This document shows, in pieces, positions 56,516-64,000 of a stretch of 64,000 nt of DNA (positions within the stretch are counted from its first letter, which is position 1; every line of letters begins with the position of its first letter). The notes under the pieces are model-generated. The model made no database searches, was not told the DNA's origin, and saw only the letters and a program-made list of their open reading frames with translations. This DNA is from Candidatus Woesearchaeota archaeon (GTDB lineage: Archaea > Nanobdellota > Nanobdellia > Woesearchaeales > GW2011-AR9), in NCBI GenBank assembly GCA_018696595.1, contig JABHQW010000003.1, positions 1 to 64,000 of the forward strand, read 5' to 3'. The position numbers were made by a program, and so were the translations under genes.

Positions 56516-56947
56516 ATGAAAAAATTTGTAAGAAGAGAAAGCGGAGATTCCAAGGGTCGAGGAAGACCTAGAGGCGGATCTTCAAGAGGCGGAGACCGAG
56601 GCGGTTACTCTAGTGGAGGATCTCGAGGAGGTTCTTCAAGAGGCGGAGACCGAGGCGGTTACTCTGGTCGAGGATCTAGAGATTCAGATCGGGGCGGAAG
56701 ATACGCTGGAAGAGAATCAAAGCGTGGAAGTCAAAACCGAAGAGATTTTGAAATGACTGAAGTTATCTGTTCTGCATGTAAATCTAAATGTGAAGTGCCT
56801 TTCAAACCAACTTCTGATAAACCAGTTTACTGTAGTGACTGTTTTGGAAAACAAGATAAAGGCGGTTCTAGTCAATCTTCTGGCAAAGATCTTGAAATGA
56901 TTAACAAGAAGCTAGACAAGATTATGAAAGCTTTAGAGATCAAATAA
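56516..56947 (+). CDS. RGG-rich protein with CxxC-x17-CxxC zinc finger
   Basis: CSACKSKCEVPFKPTSDKPVYCSDC; N-terminal R/G/S/D low complexity with a 33-bp repeat (56579-56611, 56633-56665). Confidence 0.85.
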   Translation: MKKFVRRESGDSKGRGRPRGGSSRGGDRGGYSSGGSRGGSSRGGDRGGYSGRGSRDSDRGGRYAGRESKRGSQNRRDFEMTEVICSACKSKCEVPFKPTSDKPVYCSDCFGKQDKGGSSQSSGKDLEMINKKLDKIMKALEIK

Positions 56948-57019
56948 ATTCTTATTAATTATTTTTTTAATATCTTTAACCAAAATCTTTATAAACCAAT
57001 CACGTAATAATACTTTAAA

Positions 57020-57289
57020 ATGGATTTTAAAATTATTGAGGAATCAAAAGAAAAACTTGTTTTTGAGTTAGAAGGAGAAACACATACTTTCTGTAATGCT
57101 TTAAAGAAAGAATTACAAGAAACTAAAGGTGTTACTGTTGCTACTTACAAAATTGATCATCCGCTTGTTGGAGTTCCTAGGTTTCAAGTAGAAACTAAAG
57201 GTGTTGATCCTAAAAAAGCTATTAAAGATGCTCTTAAATCTTTGAAGAAGAAAGTCTCTGAATTCGAGAAAGAAGTTAAAAGTTTGTAA
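57020..57289 (+). CDS. rpoL: RNA polymerase subunit L (Rpo11)
   Basis: EGETHTFCNAL, ATYKIDHPL. Confidence 0.93.
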   Translation: MDFKIIEESKEKLVFELEGETHTFCNALKKELQETKGVTVATYKIDHPLVGVPRFQVETKGVDPKKAIKDALKSLKKKVSEFEKEVKSL

Positions 57290-57297
57290 ATTCTTTT

Positions 57298-57609
57298 TTA
57301 TATTGTATATCTATCTTCTATATTCACTTTAAGTTTTGATAATACTGGGTTAGGAACATTTTCTCTAACTAATTCAATAGTTGCATCTGGTAACAAGCTA
57401 TTTAGAAATTCTATGATTTTAGATGCATCTTCTCCTGAAGGAACTGCGAATCTAACAGACTTTTCAATATCTTCTGTATTTTCAGCAAGAACATTTCTAT
57501 TATTTGTTAAACAAAATTTTCTAATTCTACCTCGGAGCATTACTCCATTGATAGGAGTTGATTCAGTTCTAATTTCATAGATGTCCCATTTAATGATTTC
57601 TTTAAACAT
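57298..57609 (-). CDS. Conserved hypothetical protein
   Basis: 103-aa ORF with good coding pattern. Confidence 0.6.
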   Translation of the reverse strand: MFKEIIKWDIYEIRTESTPINGVMLRGRIRKFCLTNNRNVLAENTEDIEKSVRFAVPSGEDASKIIEFLNSLLPDATIELVRENVPNPVLSKLKVNIEDRYTI

Positions 57610-57682
57610 AGAAACGATAATCTTCTGTTATTAATAAAGTTTGCTCGTTAAATTTATATATTAATGCTGCTTTTAATTATTA

Positions 57683-58240
57683 ATGAAGAAGATTATTGAA
57701 ATTGCTAAAAATAGTTACACAGAAAAAGATTATAATTATCATATTTTACCAGTTGTAAAAAATGCTTTACTTTTAGCAAAAAAACTTAATGCAGATTTAG
57801 AAGTAGTAGAAATAGCAGCATATTTGCATGATATTGGAAGAGCAATAAAAAAGAAATTCACAGAAGAAAATGAACATCATATTACAGGAGCAGAAGAAAC
57901 AAAAAAGATATTGAAAGAACTGAAATACGATGAGGATTTTATAAAAAAAGTAGAACATTGCGTCTTAACCCATCGGGGAAGAAAAGGTCCTAAACCTGAA
58001 ACTTTAGAAGCTGAAATAATATCTTGCGCTGATGCAATGGCACATTTTGACACTTTCTTAGATTTAGTTAATTATTTTATAAAAAACACCAATTCATTTG
58101 AAGAAGCTGTTAATAAAATCGAAAAAAAAGTAGAAAGAAATTGGAATCAAAAATTGACTCTTTCTGAAGCAAAAGAAATTGTAAAAGTAAAATATGATTC
58201 AATACTTCTTTTAATTAAAAGCATGAAAGAATACTTTTAG
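57683..58240 (+). CDS. HD domain protein
   Basis: YHI, YLHDIG, HH, TH, CADAMAH. Confidence 0.85.
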   Translation: MKKIIEIAKNSYTEKDYNYHILPVVKNALLLAKKLNADLEVVEIAAYLHDIGRAIKKKFTEENEHHITGAEETKKILKELKYDEDFIKKVEHCVLTHRGRKGPKPETLEAEIISCADAMAHFDTFLDLVNYFIKNTNSFEEAVNKIEKKVERNWNQKLTLSEAKEIVKVKYDSILLLIKSMKEYF

Positions 58241-58289
58241 AACTCTACTTACACAATTAATTTAAACAATTATAATTCTGGATAAAAAC

Positions 58290-58952
58290 ATGATTGATTT
58301 AATGGTTTCTGATTGGAATGGTACCATCTTGGCTGATACCCAGCTAGCTGTTAGATCAACTAATCATGAAATTCTCGCATTTGGTGGTCAACCTCTCTCA
58401 AGAAAAAAACTGATTAATGGAATTTATTTTCCAATTAATGATTTCTTAATTGAGCAAGGTTGTGATCCAGAAGCGTTAAAAGATCCAAAATCAGCAGAAA
58501 TCTTTCATGAATTTTATAACGCAGGATCTAGTAAGTGTAGAACCCGATCTGGGGTGAGAAAAGTTTTAAAATACAATTCTGCTCATTCTATTGAATCTTT
58601 AATTTTAAGTAACCACCTTAAGCCAGAAATAGAAACCCAGTTAGAAAGATTACAACTTGTGGAATATTTTAAAACAGTATTGGCTCATGAAAAAGCTACT
58701 GATACTAGCCAAGGAAACAATAAAGTGCATCGTTTTGCCCACTACCTTGAAGAAACAAGACAAGATCCTAAAAACGCTTTAATCATTGGGGATGCTCCTG
58801 AAGATATTGGGATTGGGAAAGAGTTTGGCATGGTAACTGTGGCATTAACAGATGGATACTATCCCACAAGTAAATTAAGAGCAAGTAATCCAGATTATTT
58901 AATTAGTAATGTTGGGGAGTTAGTAGATATTCTTGAAGAACAATCACAATAA
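58290..58952 (+). CDS. HAD-superfamily hydrolase
   Basis: DWNGTI, LSN, IIGDAPED motifs. Confidence 0.85.
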   Translation: MIDLMVSDWNGTILADTQLAVRSTNHEILAFGGQPLSRKKLINGIYFPINDFLIEQGCDPEALKDPKSAEIFHEFYNAGSSKCRTRSGVRKVLKYNSAHSIESLILSNHLKPEIETQLERLQLVEYFKTVLAHEKATDTSQGNNKVHRFAHYLEETRQDPKNALIIGDAPEDIGIGKEFGMVTVALTDGYYPTSKLRASNPDYLISNVGELVDILEEQSQ

Positions 58953-59005
58953 TGAACAAACTACTTACAAAAATAATTTAAACTAACACCCTCTCAAGCG
59001 TTATA

Positions 59006-60568
59006 ATGGTAGATAAAAGCACTTGCTTAAAGTTCTATAAAAGAGAAGATATTCAGAAGGCAATGGTAGAACATGCTCAAAATAAAGAGCTTGGTGTCCG
59101 TTACGGAGACGGTTTTGGTAAAAGGCCAGACATTCTAATGTATCCAAATGAAGTATTAGAACTAGCCAAACAAGGAGTGACTTCTTTCCATTGTAGTGAA
59201 GAAGTTTGGGACAATCCTTTGGGGATTAGTAGCGATTTAACTAGGAAAAATTTAGACGAATTAAGGGCTGGTTGGGACTTAGTTTTAGATATTGATTGCC
59301 CTGATTGGGAAATTTCTAAACTAACCACTTATTTATTTATTAAAGCACTAAAAGATAATGGGATTAAAGAGGTTTCTTGCAAGTTTAGCGGGAATAAAGG
59401 GTTTCATATTGGGGTTCCATTTGAAGTTTTCCCTCAAGATGTTGCTGGGAAGAAAACAAAAGATATTTTTCCTGAAGGACCAAAGAAAGTTGCTCAATAT
59501 TTACTAAACATTATTACTACTCGTTATGTTCAAGTAAAAAACAATAAAATCTTTCTGAATCATGATTCTGCTTTTAGTTTACCCGAACTGAAAGAAAAGT
59601 TTGGTGAACAAAAGTTTTTAATTAATAAATGTGTGAAATGTAAAAGAGAAATAAAAAAACCTAAAGAAACAATTATTGAATTTATTTGTCCAAGGTGTGA
59701 ACAAAAAATAACCGAAGATAAAGAGTTTGTTAAGTGTCAGAAATGTAACATTTTAATGAATAAGATAGAAAATTCAAGGTCTTTGTGTCCTTGCGGTTCA
59801 AATGAATATAATTCTATTTTTGATCCTCTATCTATTATAGAAGTGGATACAATCTTAATCTCATCCCGTCATTTGTACCGGATGCCTTACTCTTTACATG
59901 AAAAATCTGGCTTAGCTAGTTTGCCAATAGATCCAGATAAAGTTTTACAGTTTGAGAAATCGATGGCTCATCCAGAAAATATTCAAGTCTCTACCTTCAA
60001 TTTTATGGACAGAAATGTCTTAGGAGAAAGTGGAAGAATGTTATTATTAAACGCTCTTGATTTTGAAGTTAAGATTGAAGAAGATCGAGAAACTTCATCG
60101 GATAAATTTGAAGAGGTTAAGATTGAAAGTCCGATTAAAGAAGATTTCTTTCCACCATGTATTAAACAAATCTTAACTAATGGTTTAGAAGATGGTAAAA
60201 AACGGGCAGTATTCATATTATCAAACTTTTTAGGGAAAATTGGTTGGGAAAAGAAAGAAATTGAAAGTTATATTCTTAAGTGGAACCGCGAGAAAAATAG
60301 AGATCCGTTACGTGACAATTATATTGTTGGTCAAATGAAAAGTTTTGTTCCTGGTGCCAAGTTGCCACCTAATTGCAGTAATGATGGGTATTATAAGGAT
60401 CTTGGAGTTTGTCATCCTGATGCTTTGTGTGGCAGACTAAAGAATCCTACTAATTATACTATACTGAGATGGAAACGATGGTTGAGGGACCGAGAGAACG
60501 ATAAAGGCAGTAAGAAGAAGGAAGAAGTTGAGAAAGAAGCAGAATCACTAAAAGCAAGCAAAAACTAA
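59006..60568 (+). CDS. priS: Fused DNA primase PriS-PriL with zinc-ribbon insertion
   Basis: WDLVLDID, KFSGNKGFH, HLYRMPYS (PriS); FFPPCI...PPNC...CHPDALC..KNP (PriL C-terminal domain). Confidence 0.85.
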   Translation: MVDKSTCLKFYKREDIQKAMVEHAQNKELGVRYGDGFGKRPDILMYPNEVLELAKQGVTSFHCSEEVWDNPLGISSDLTRKNLDELRAGWDLVLDIDCPDWEISKLTTYLFIKALKDNGIKEVSCKFSGNKGFHIGVPFEVFPQDVAGKKTKDIFPEGPKKVAQYLLNIITTRYVQVKNNKIFLNHDSAFSLPELKEKFGEQKFLINKCVKCKREIKKPKETIIEFICPRCEQKITEDKEFVKCQKCNILMNKIENSRSLCPCGSNEYNSIFDPLSIIEVDTILISSRHLYRMPYSLHEKSGLASLPIDPDKVLQFEKSMAHPENIQVSTFNFMDRNVLGESGRMLLLNALDFEVKIEEDRETSSDKFEEVKIESPIKEDFFPPCIKQILTNGLEDGKKRAVFILSNFLGKIGWEKKEIESYILKWNREKNRDPLRDNYIVGQMKSFVPGAKLPPNCSNDGYYKDLGVCHPDALCGRLKNPTNYTILRWKRWLRDRENDKGSKKKEEVEKEAESLKASKN

Positions 60569-60707
60569 AAATAGTTTTTTAGGTTTCCAACCAAAACCTT
60601 TATAAACAACCCATTTATTTAATCATAATCAAGTCCGAGTTCACGCGCATTTAGGACTAAACTAAGTTTAACGTGTGAATTCTAAGGCTAAAATCAAAAT
60701 TATAAAA

Positions 60708-61223
60708 ATGGCAGAACAAAAACAACAAAAACCAGTTGAACAAAAGCAAGAACAGAAAGTAGACAACTTCAAACACATTGTTAGAATTGCTAATGTTGAC
60801 ATCCCTGGAGAGAAACATGTTAAGATAGCTTTAACAAAGATTAAAGGTGTTGGAACAATTCTTGCTGACGTATTCTGTAAATTAGCTAATATTGATCGTC
60901 AAAAGAAAGCTGGATACTTAACTCCTGAAGAAATAGTAGAGTTAAACAAAGTTGTTAACGATCCTTTATCAAACGGTCTTCCACTTTGGATGATTAATCG
61001 GAAAAATGATTATGAAACTGGTGAAGATAAACATTTATTGACTGGTACATTAAATTTTGTACAAGATAACGATCTTAAAAGATTAAAGAAAATCAAAACC
61101 TTACGTGGAATTAGACATCAAAGAAAGTTACCTGTTCGTGGTCAAAGAACTCGATCAAACTTTAGAAAAGGTAAAGGTAAAGTTGTTGGTGTTAAGAAGA
61201 AAGGCACTCCAGGTAAGAAATAG
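60708..61223 (+). CDS. rps13: 30S ribosomal protein S13
   Basis: HIVRIANVDI, LTKIKGVG, RGIRH..LPVRGQRT. Confidence 0.97.
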   Translation: MAEQKQQKPVEQKQEQKVDNFKHIVRIANVDIPGEKHVKIALTKIKGVGTILADVFCKLANIDRQKKAGYLTPEEIVELNKVVNDPLSNGLPLWMINRKNDYETGEDKHLLTGTLNFVQDNDLKRLKKIKTLRGIRHQRKLPVRGQRTRSNFRKGKGKVVGVKKKGTPGKK

Positions 61224-61233
61224 GTAAAATAAG

Positions 61234-61983
61234 ATGGGCGATCCAAAAAAATTAAAGAAAAAGTACTCAACTCCTGCACATCCTTGGAATAAAACCGAGA
61301 TTGAGGAGAATAAGATCTTACGAAGAGAATATGGTCTTAATATTCAAAAAGAGCTTTTGATTGCCAATTCATTCTTAAAAAAATATAAAAATATTGCTAA
61401 GCGTTTAATTGCAGATACTTCTGAACAAGGACAGAAAGAAAAGAAACAAATGGTAGACAAGTTGTTTAAACTTGGTTTGTTAACTTCTGATGCCGCTATG
61501 GACAGTATATTAAGTTTAACAGTTAGAGATATTTTAAACAGAAGATTACAAAGTGTTATTTTCAGAAAAGGACTAGCTAGATCTATGAAACAAGCTAGAC
61601 AATTTATTACTCACCGACATGTAATGGTTGCTGAGAAAGAAATAACTGCTCCCTCTTATTTAGTTTCAAGTGAGGAAGAAGCACAATTAAATTTTAAAAA
61701 TAAATCAAGTTTATCTAATGAAGATCATCCTGAAAGAGCTATTCCTGAAGCTAAAGAAATCAAAGCAGAAGCTGAAGCTATTAAACCTAAAACAGAAGAA
61801 AAAGCTGAAGAAGCTGCTCCTGTTGAAGAGAAAGCTGAGGAAGTTAAGGAAGTTACAGAATCAAAAGACTCTGAATCCTCGGCAAAGCCTGCGGAACCTA
61901 AAACAGAAGAAAAGGTTGAAGAAACTCCTAAGGAAGAAGTTAAAGAAGAAGAAGCTTCTAAAGAAGAGGTAACTGAAAAATGA
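61234..61983 (+). CDS. rps4: 30S ribosomal protein S4 with acidic C-terminal extension
   Basis: [29 protein letters not shown]. Confidence 0.96.
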   Translation: MGDPKKLKKKYSTPAHPWNKTEIEENKILRREYGLNIQKELLIANSFLKKYKNIAKRLIADTSEQGQKEKKQMVDKLFKLGLLTSDAAMDSILSLTVRDILNRRLQSVIFRKGLARSMKQARQFITHRHVMVAEKEITAPSYLVSSEEEAQLNFKNKSSLSNEDHPERAIPEAKEIKAEAEAIKPKTEEKAEEAAPVEEKAEEVKEVTESKDSESSAKPAEPKTEEKVEETPKEEVKEEEASKEEVTEK

Positions 61984-62459
61984 GAGAAGAAAGAAGATCA
62001 GGACCTAGTTCAGGAAGACCTAGACCACAAAGACATGGACAAAGAGATAATCGAGGACCAAGGTCATTTCCAAACATGCGTTGGGGAATTGCTCACATTT
62101 ATTCAAGTTACAATAACACAATTATTACTGTTACCGATATTACTGGAACCGAAACTTTAGCAAGAAGTAGCGGTGGCCAGATGGTTAAAGCAGACAGATT
62201 AGAAAGTTCACCTACCGCAGCAATGTCAGCAGCAAGAAAAGTTGCAGAAATTTGCCGTGAGAAAGGAGTTCAAGGATTATACATTAAGATCAGAGCAAAA
62301 GGCGGTCATAATGGTCCTAAAAATCCTGGACCTGGTGCACAAGCAGCAGTTAGAACATTCTCTCGTGTTGGAATCAGAATTGGTAAAATCGAAGAAGTAA
62401 CTCCAGAACCTCATAACGGTTGCCGAGCTAAAGGCGGTCGAAGAGGAAGAAGAGTATAA
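61980..62459 (+). CDS. rps11: 30S ribosomal protein S11 with basic N-terminal extension
   Basis: [37 protein letters not shown]. Confidence 0.97.
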   Translation: MREERRSGPSSGRPRPQRHGQRDNRGPRSFPNMRWGIAHIYSSYNNTIITVTDITGTETLARSSGGQMVKADRLESSPTAAMSAARKVAEICREKGVQGLYIKIRAKGGHNGPKNPGPGAQAAVRTFSRVGIRIGKIEEVTPEPHNGCRAKGGRRGRRV

Positions 62460-62478
62460 TCCTAATTAACTAATAAAA

Positions 62479-63261
62479 ATGGCAATGAAACTGGAAAAAA
62501 TTAAGGAAGAACGAAAGAAAAACAAAATTACTTTCTTGTTCAAAGGAAGCGATGAAGTTTTTGCAAACACTATTCGTAGAACCATTATTGAAGAAGTTCC
62601 AGTTTTAGCTGTAGAAGATTTAGAAATTAAAGAAAACAACTGTGCATTATACGATGAAATGTTAGGATTAAGATTAGGATTATGTCCAGTTAAGACTGAC
62701 TTGAAAAGTTATAATTTGAAAGATGAATGTAAATGTGAAGGAGCAGGTTGTGCTCAGTGTGAATTGAAAATGCATCTTAAAGCAAGTAAAAAAGGTTATG
62801 TTTATGCAAAAGACACACAAAGTTCAGATCCAAAATGTACTTTTGTTTATGACGAAATGCCTTTAGCAAAATTATTATCAAAACAAAAAGTTGATATTCA
62901 GATGACTGCAACTATGGGAAAAGGTCGAGATCACGCAAAATGGATTCCTGGATTAGCTTTCTTTAAGAAAGAACCAGTTGTTAAAATTGGCACTGTTAAA
63001 GATGCTGAAGGAATTGCAGCTGCTTGTCCACAAAATGTTTTCAATGCTAAAGGCGGAAAATTAACAATTAATAAAGACAACTTATATGATTGCCATTTAT
63101 GTAATCAATGTGTTGATTTAGATAAAAATATTACTCTTGAAGACTCTGGCAACTTTATTTTTAGTTTAGAAAGCTGGGGACAATTAACTAATAAAGAAAT
63201 TTTAACGCAAAGTGCAAAAGTTTTATTAGAAAAGATTGACAATTTAGAAAAACAAATATAA
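62479..63261 (+). CDS. rpoD: RNA polymerase subunit D (Rpo3)
   Basis: ANTIRR, LYDE, RLGL, G.GRDHAKW, Cys-rich CP...CxxCxxC insert, ESWGQ. Confidence 0.95.
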   Translation: MAMKLEKIKEERKKNKITFLFKGSDEVFANTIRRTIIEEVPVLAVEDLEIKENNCALYDEMLGLRLGLCPVKTDLKSYNLKDECKCEGAGCAQCELKMHLKASKKGYVYAKDTQSSDPKCTFVYDEMPLAKLLSKQKVDIQMTATMGKGRDHAKWIPGLAFFKKEPVVKIGTVKDAEGIAAACPQNVFNAKGGKLTINKDNLYDCHLCNQCVDLDKNITLEDSGNFIFSLESWGQLTNKEILTQSAKVLLEKIDNLEKQI

Positions 63262-63270
63262 GGATATAAA

Positions 63271-63630
63271 ATGGTTAAAACAACAGGCCCAACAAACTAC
63301 CAAGCACGACTTTTATTGAATGAGTTAGATGCTAAGAGCAGGGAAAGTAATCTCTGGAAAAGAGTAGTCAAAGACCTAAAGAAACCATCAAGACAACGAA
63401 GAATAATTAATCTTTACAAAATCAATAAGTTTGCTCGTGATGGGGAAACTATCTTAGTTCCTGGAAAAGTTTTAAGTGTTGGTGAACTTGACAAAAAAGT
63501 TGATATCGCTGCAATGAACTTTTCAAACGGAGCAAAAGAAAAAATTATTAATGCTAAGGGTAAAGCAATGTCAATTCAAGAATTATTTAAAGCTAACCCA
63601 GAAGGCAAAAAAATCAGAATTTTAGGATAA
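63271..63630 (+). CDS. rpl18e: 50S ribosomal protein L18e
   Basis: LWKRV, INLYKIN, VPGKVLSVG. Confidence 0.95.
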   Translation: MVKTTGPTNYQARLLLNELDAKSRESNLWKRVVKDLKKPSRQRRIINLYKINKFARDGETILVPGKVLSVGELDKKVDIAAMNFSNGAKEKIINAKGKAMSIQELFKANPEGKKIRILG

Positions 63631-63633
63631 AAA

Positions 63634-64000
63634 ATGAAAATATATAACGGAGAAGGAATGATACTTGGAAGAATGGCTGCAGTTATTGCTAAAGCATCCT
63701 TGCTTGGAGAAGAAGTAAACGTAGTTAACTGTGAGAAAATGGTAGTTAGTGGAAGAAAAACTAATACTGTTGCTCAAGAAAAGCAGAAAAGAGATCGAAA
63801 AGGATATCCGTTAAAAAGTGCAAAGTTCTCAAAATTACCTGATAGATATGTTAGAAGAACTATTCGAGGAATGGTTCCTTGGAAACAAGCTAGGGGAAAA
63901 GAAGCATATAAAAGAGTTATGTGTTATATTGGAATTCCAGCAGGCTTAGCTGATAAAGAAATGATTACTATTAAAGAAGCTTCAATGAAAAAATTACCTA
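63634..64000 (+). CDS. rpl13: 50S ribosomal protein L13, truncated by the window end
   Basis: MKIYNGEGMILGRMAAVIAKASLLGEEVNVVNCEK...RRTIRGMVPWK. Confidence 0.93.
   Translation, partial: MKIYNGEGMILGRMAAVIAKASLLGEEVNVVNCEKMVVSGRKTNTVAQEKQKRDRKGYPLKSAKFSKLPDRYVRRTIRGMVPWKQARGKEAYKRVMCYIGIPAGLADKEMITIKEASMKKLP

Noticed and set aside
60630-60675. tRNA or defined leader RNA upstream of rps13
   Set aside because: Only a short AGTCC/GGACT stem; no tRNA features; insufficient support
590-62000. Many 60-130-aa ORFs antisense or out of frame within longer genes (e.g. 590-850, 639-908, 2553-2783, 20671-21054, 21739-22098, 25399-25752, 29613-29825, 61718-61972)
   Set aside because: Shadow ORFs overlapping well-supported genes, with no motifs or RBS
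61700-62060. Low-complexity extensions of S4, S11 and S13 as novel domains
   Set aside because: Charged disordered tails on ribosomal proteins are ordinary and show no further structure

Overview
AT-rich archaeal chromosome segment, most consistent with a DPANN (Woesearchaeota/Nanoarchaeota-like) genome. The lineage call is inferred from archaeal ribosomal proteins, Rpo3/Rpo11, GINS, SRP54, Sm/L37e, Lhr and a fused PriS-PriL primase. Core genes (srp54, lsm-rpl37e, asnS, truD, lhr, gins, rpoL, primase, rps13-rps4-rps11-rpoD-rpl18e-rpl13) are interspersed with many orphan genes and two accessory blocks: a small metal-handling block (28.5-31.2 kb) and a ~16-kb block (34.3-50 kb). The larger block holds a five-gene kinase/phosphatase operon, several regulators and a PvcA/Dit1-family isocyanide-synthase homologue, and its intergenic regions share a palindromic CG(G/T)AA-N3-TTCCG-like box. 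Other notable signals are a tRNA-Arg(CCT) split by three BHB-type introns, and a ~57-nt double-hairpin element inserted in-frame in lhr with a structurally similar copy in the trxA leader. The 3' ends of srp54 and rpl37e are each duplicated with only synonymous changes around a 38-39-nt hairpin spacer. Two kinases share a near-identical 436-bp C-terminal module, and there are tandem LysM genes. No rRNA, CRISPR array, transposase, integrase or reverse transcriptase was recognised. All calls come from manual reading and motif recognition; no searches were run.
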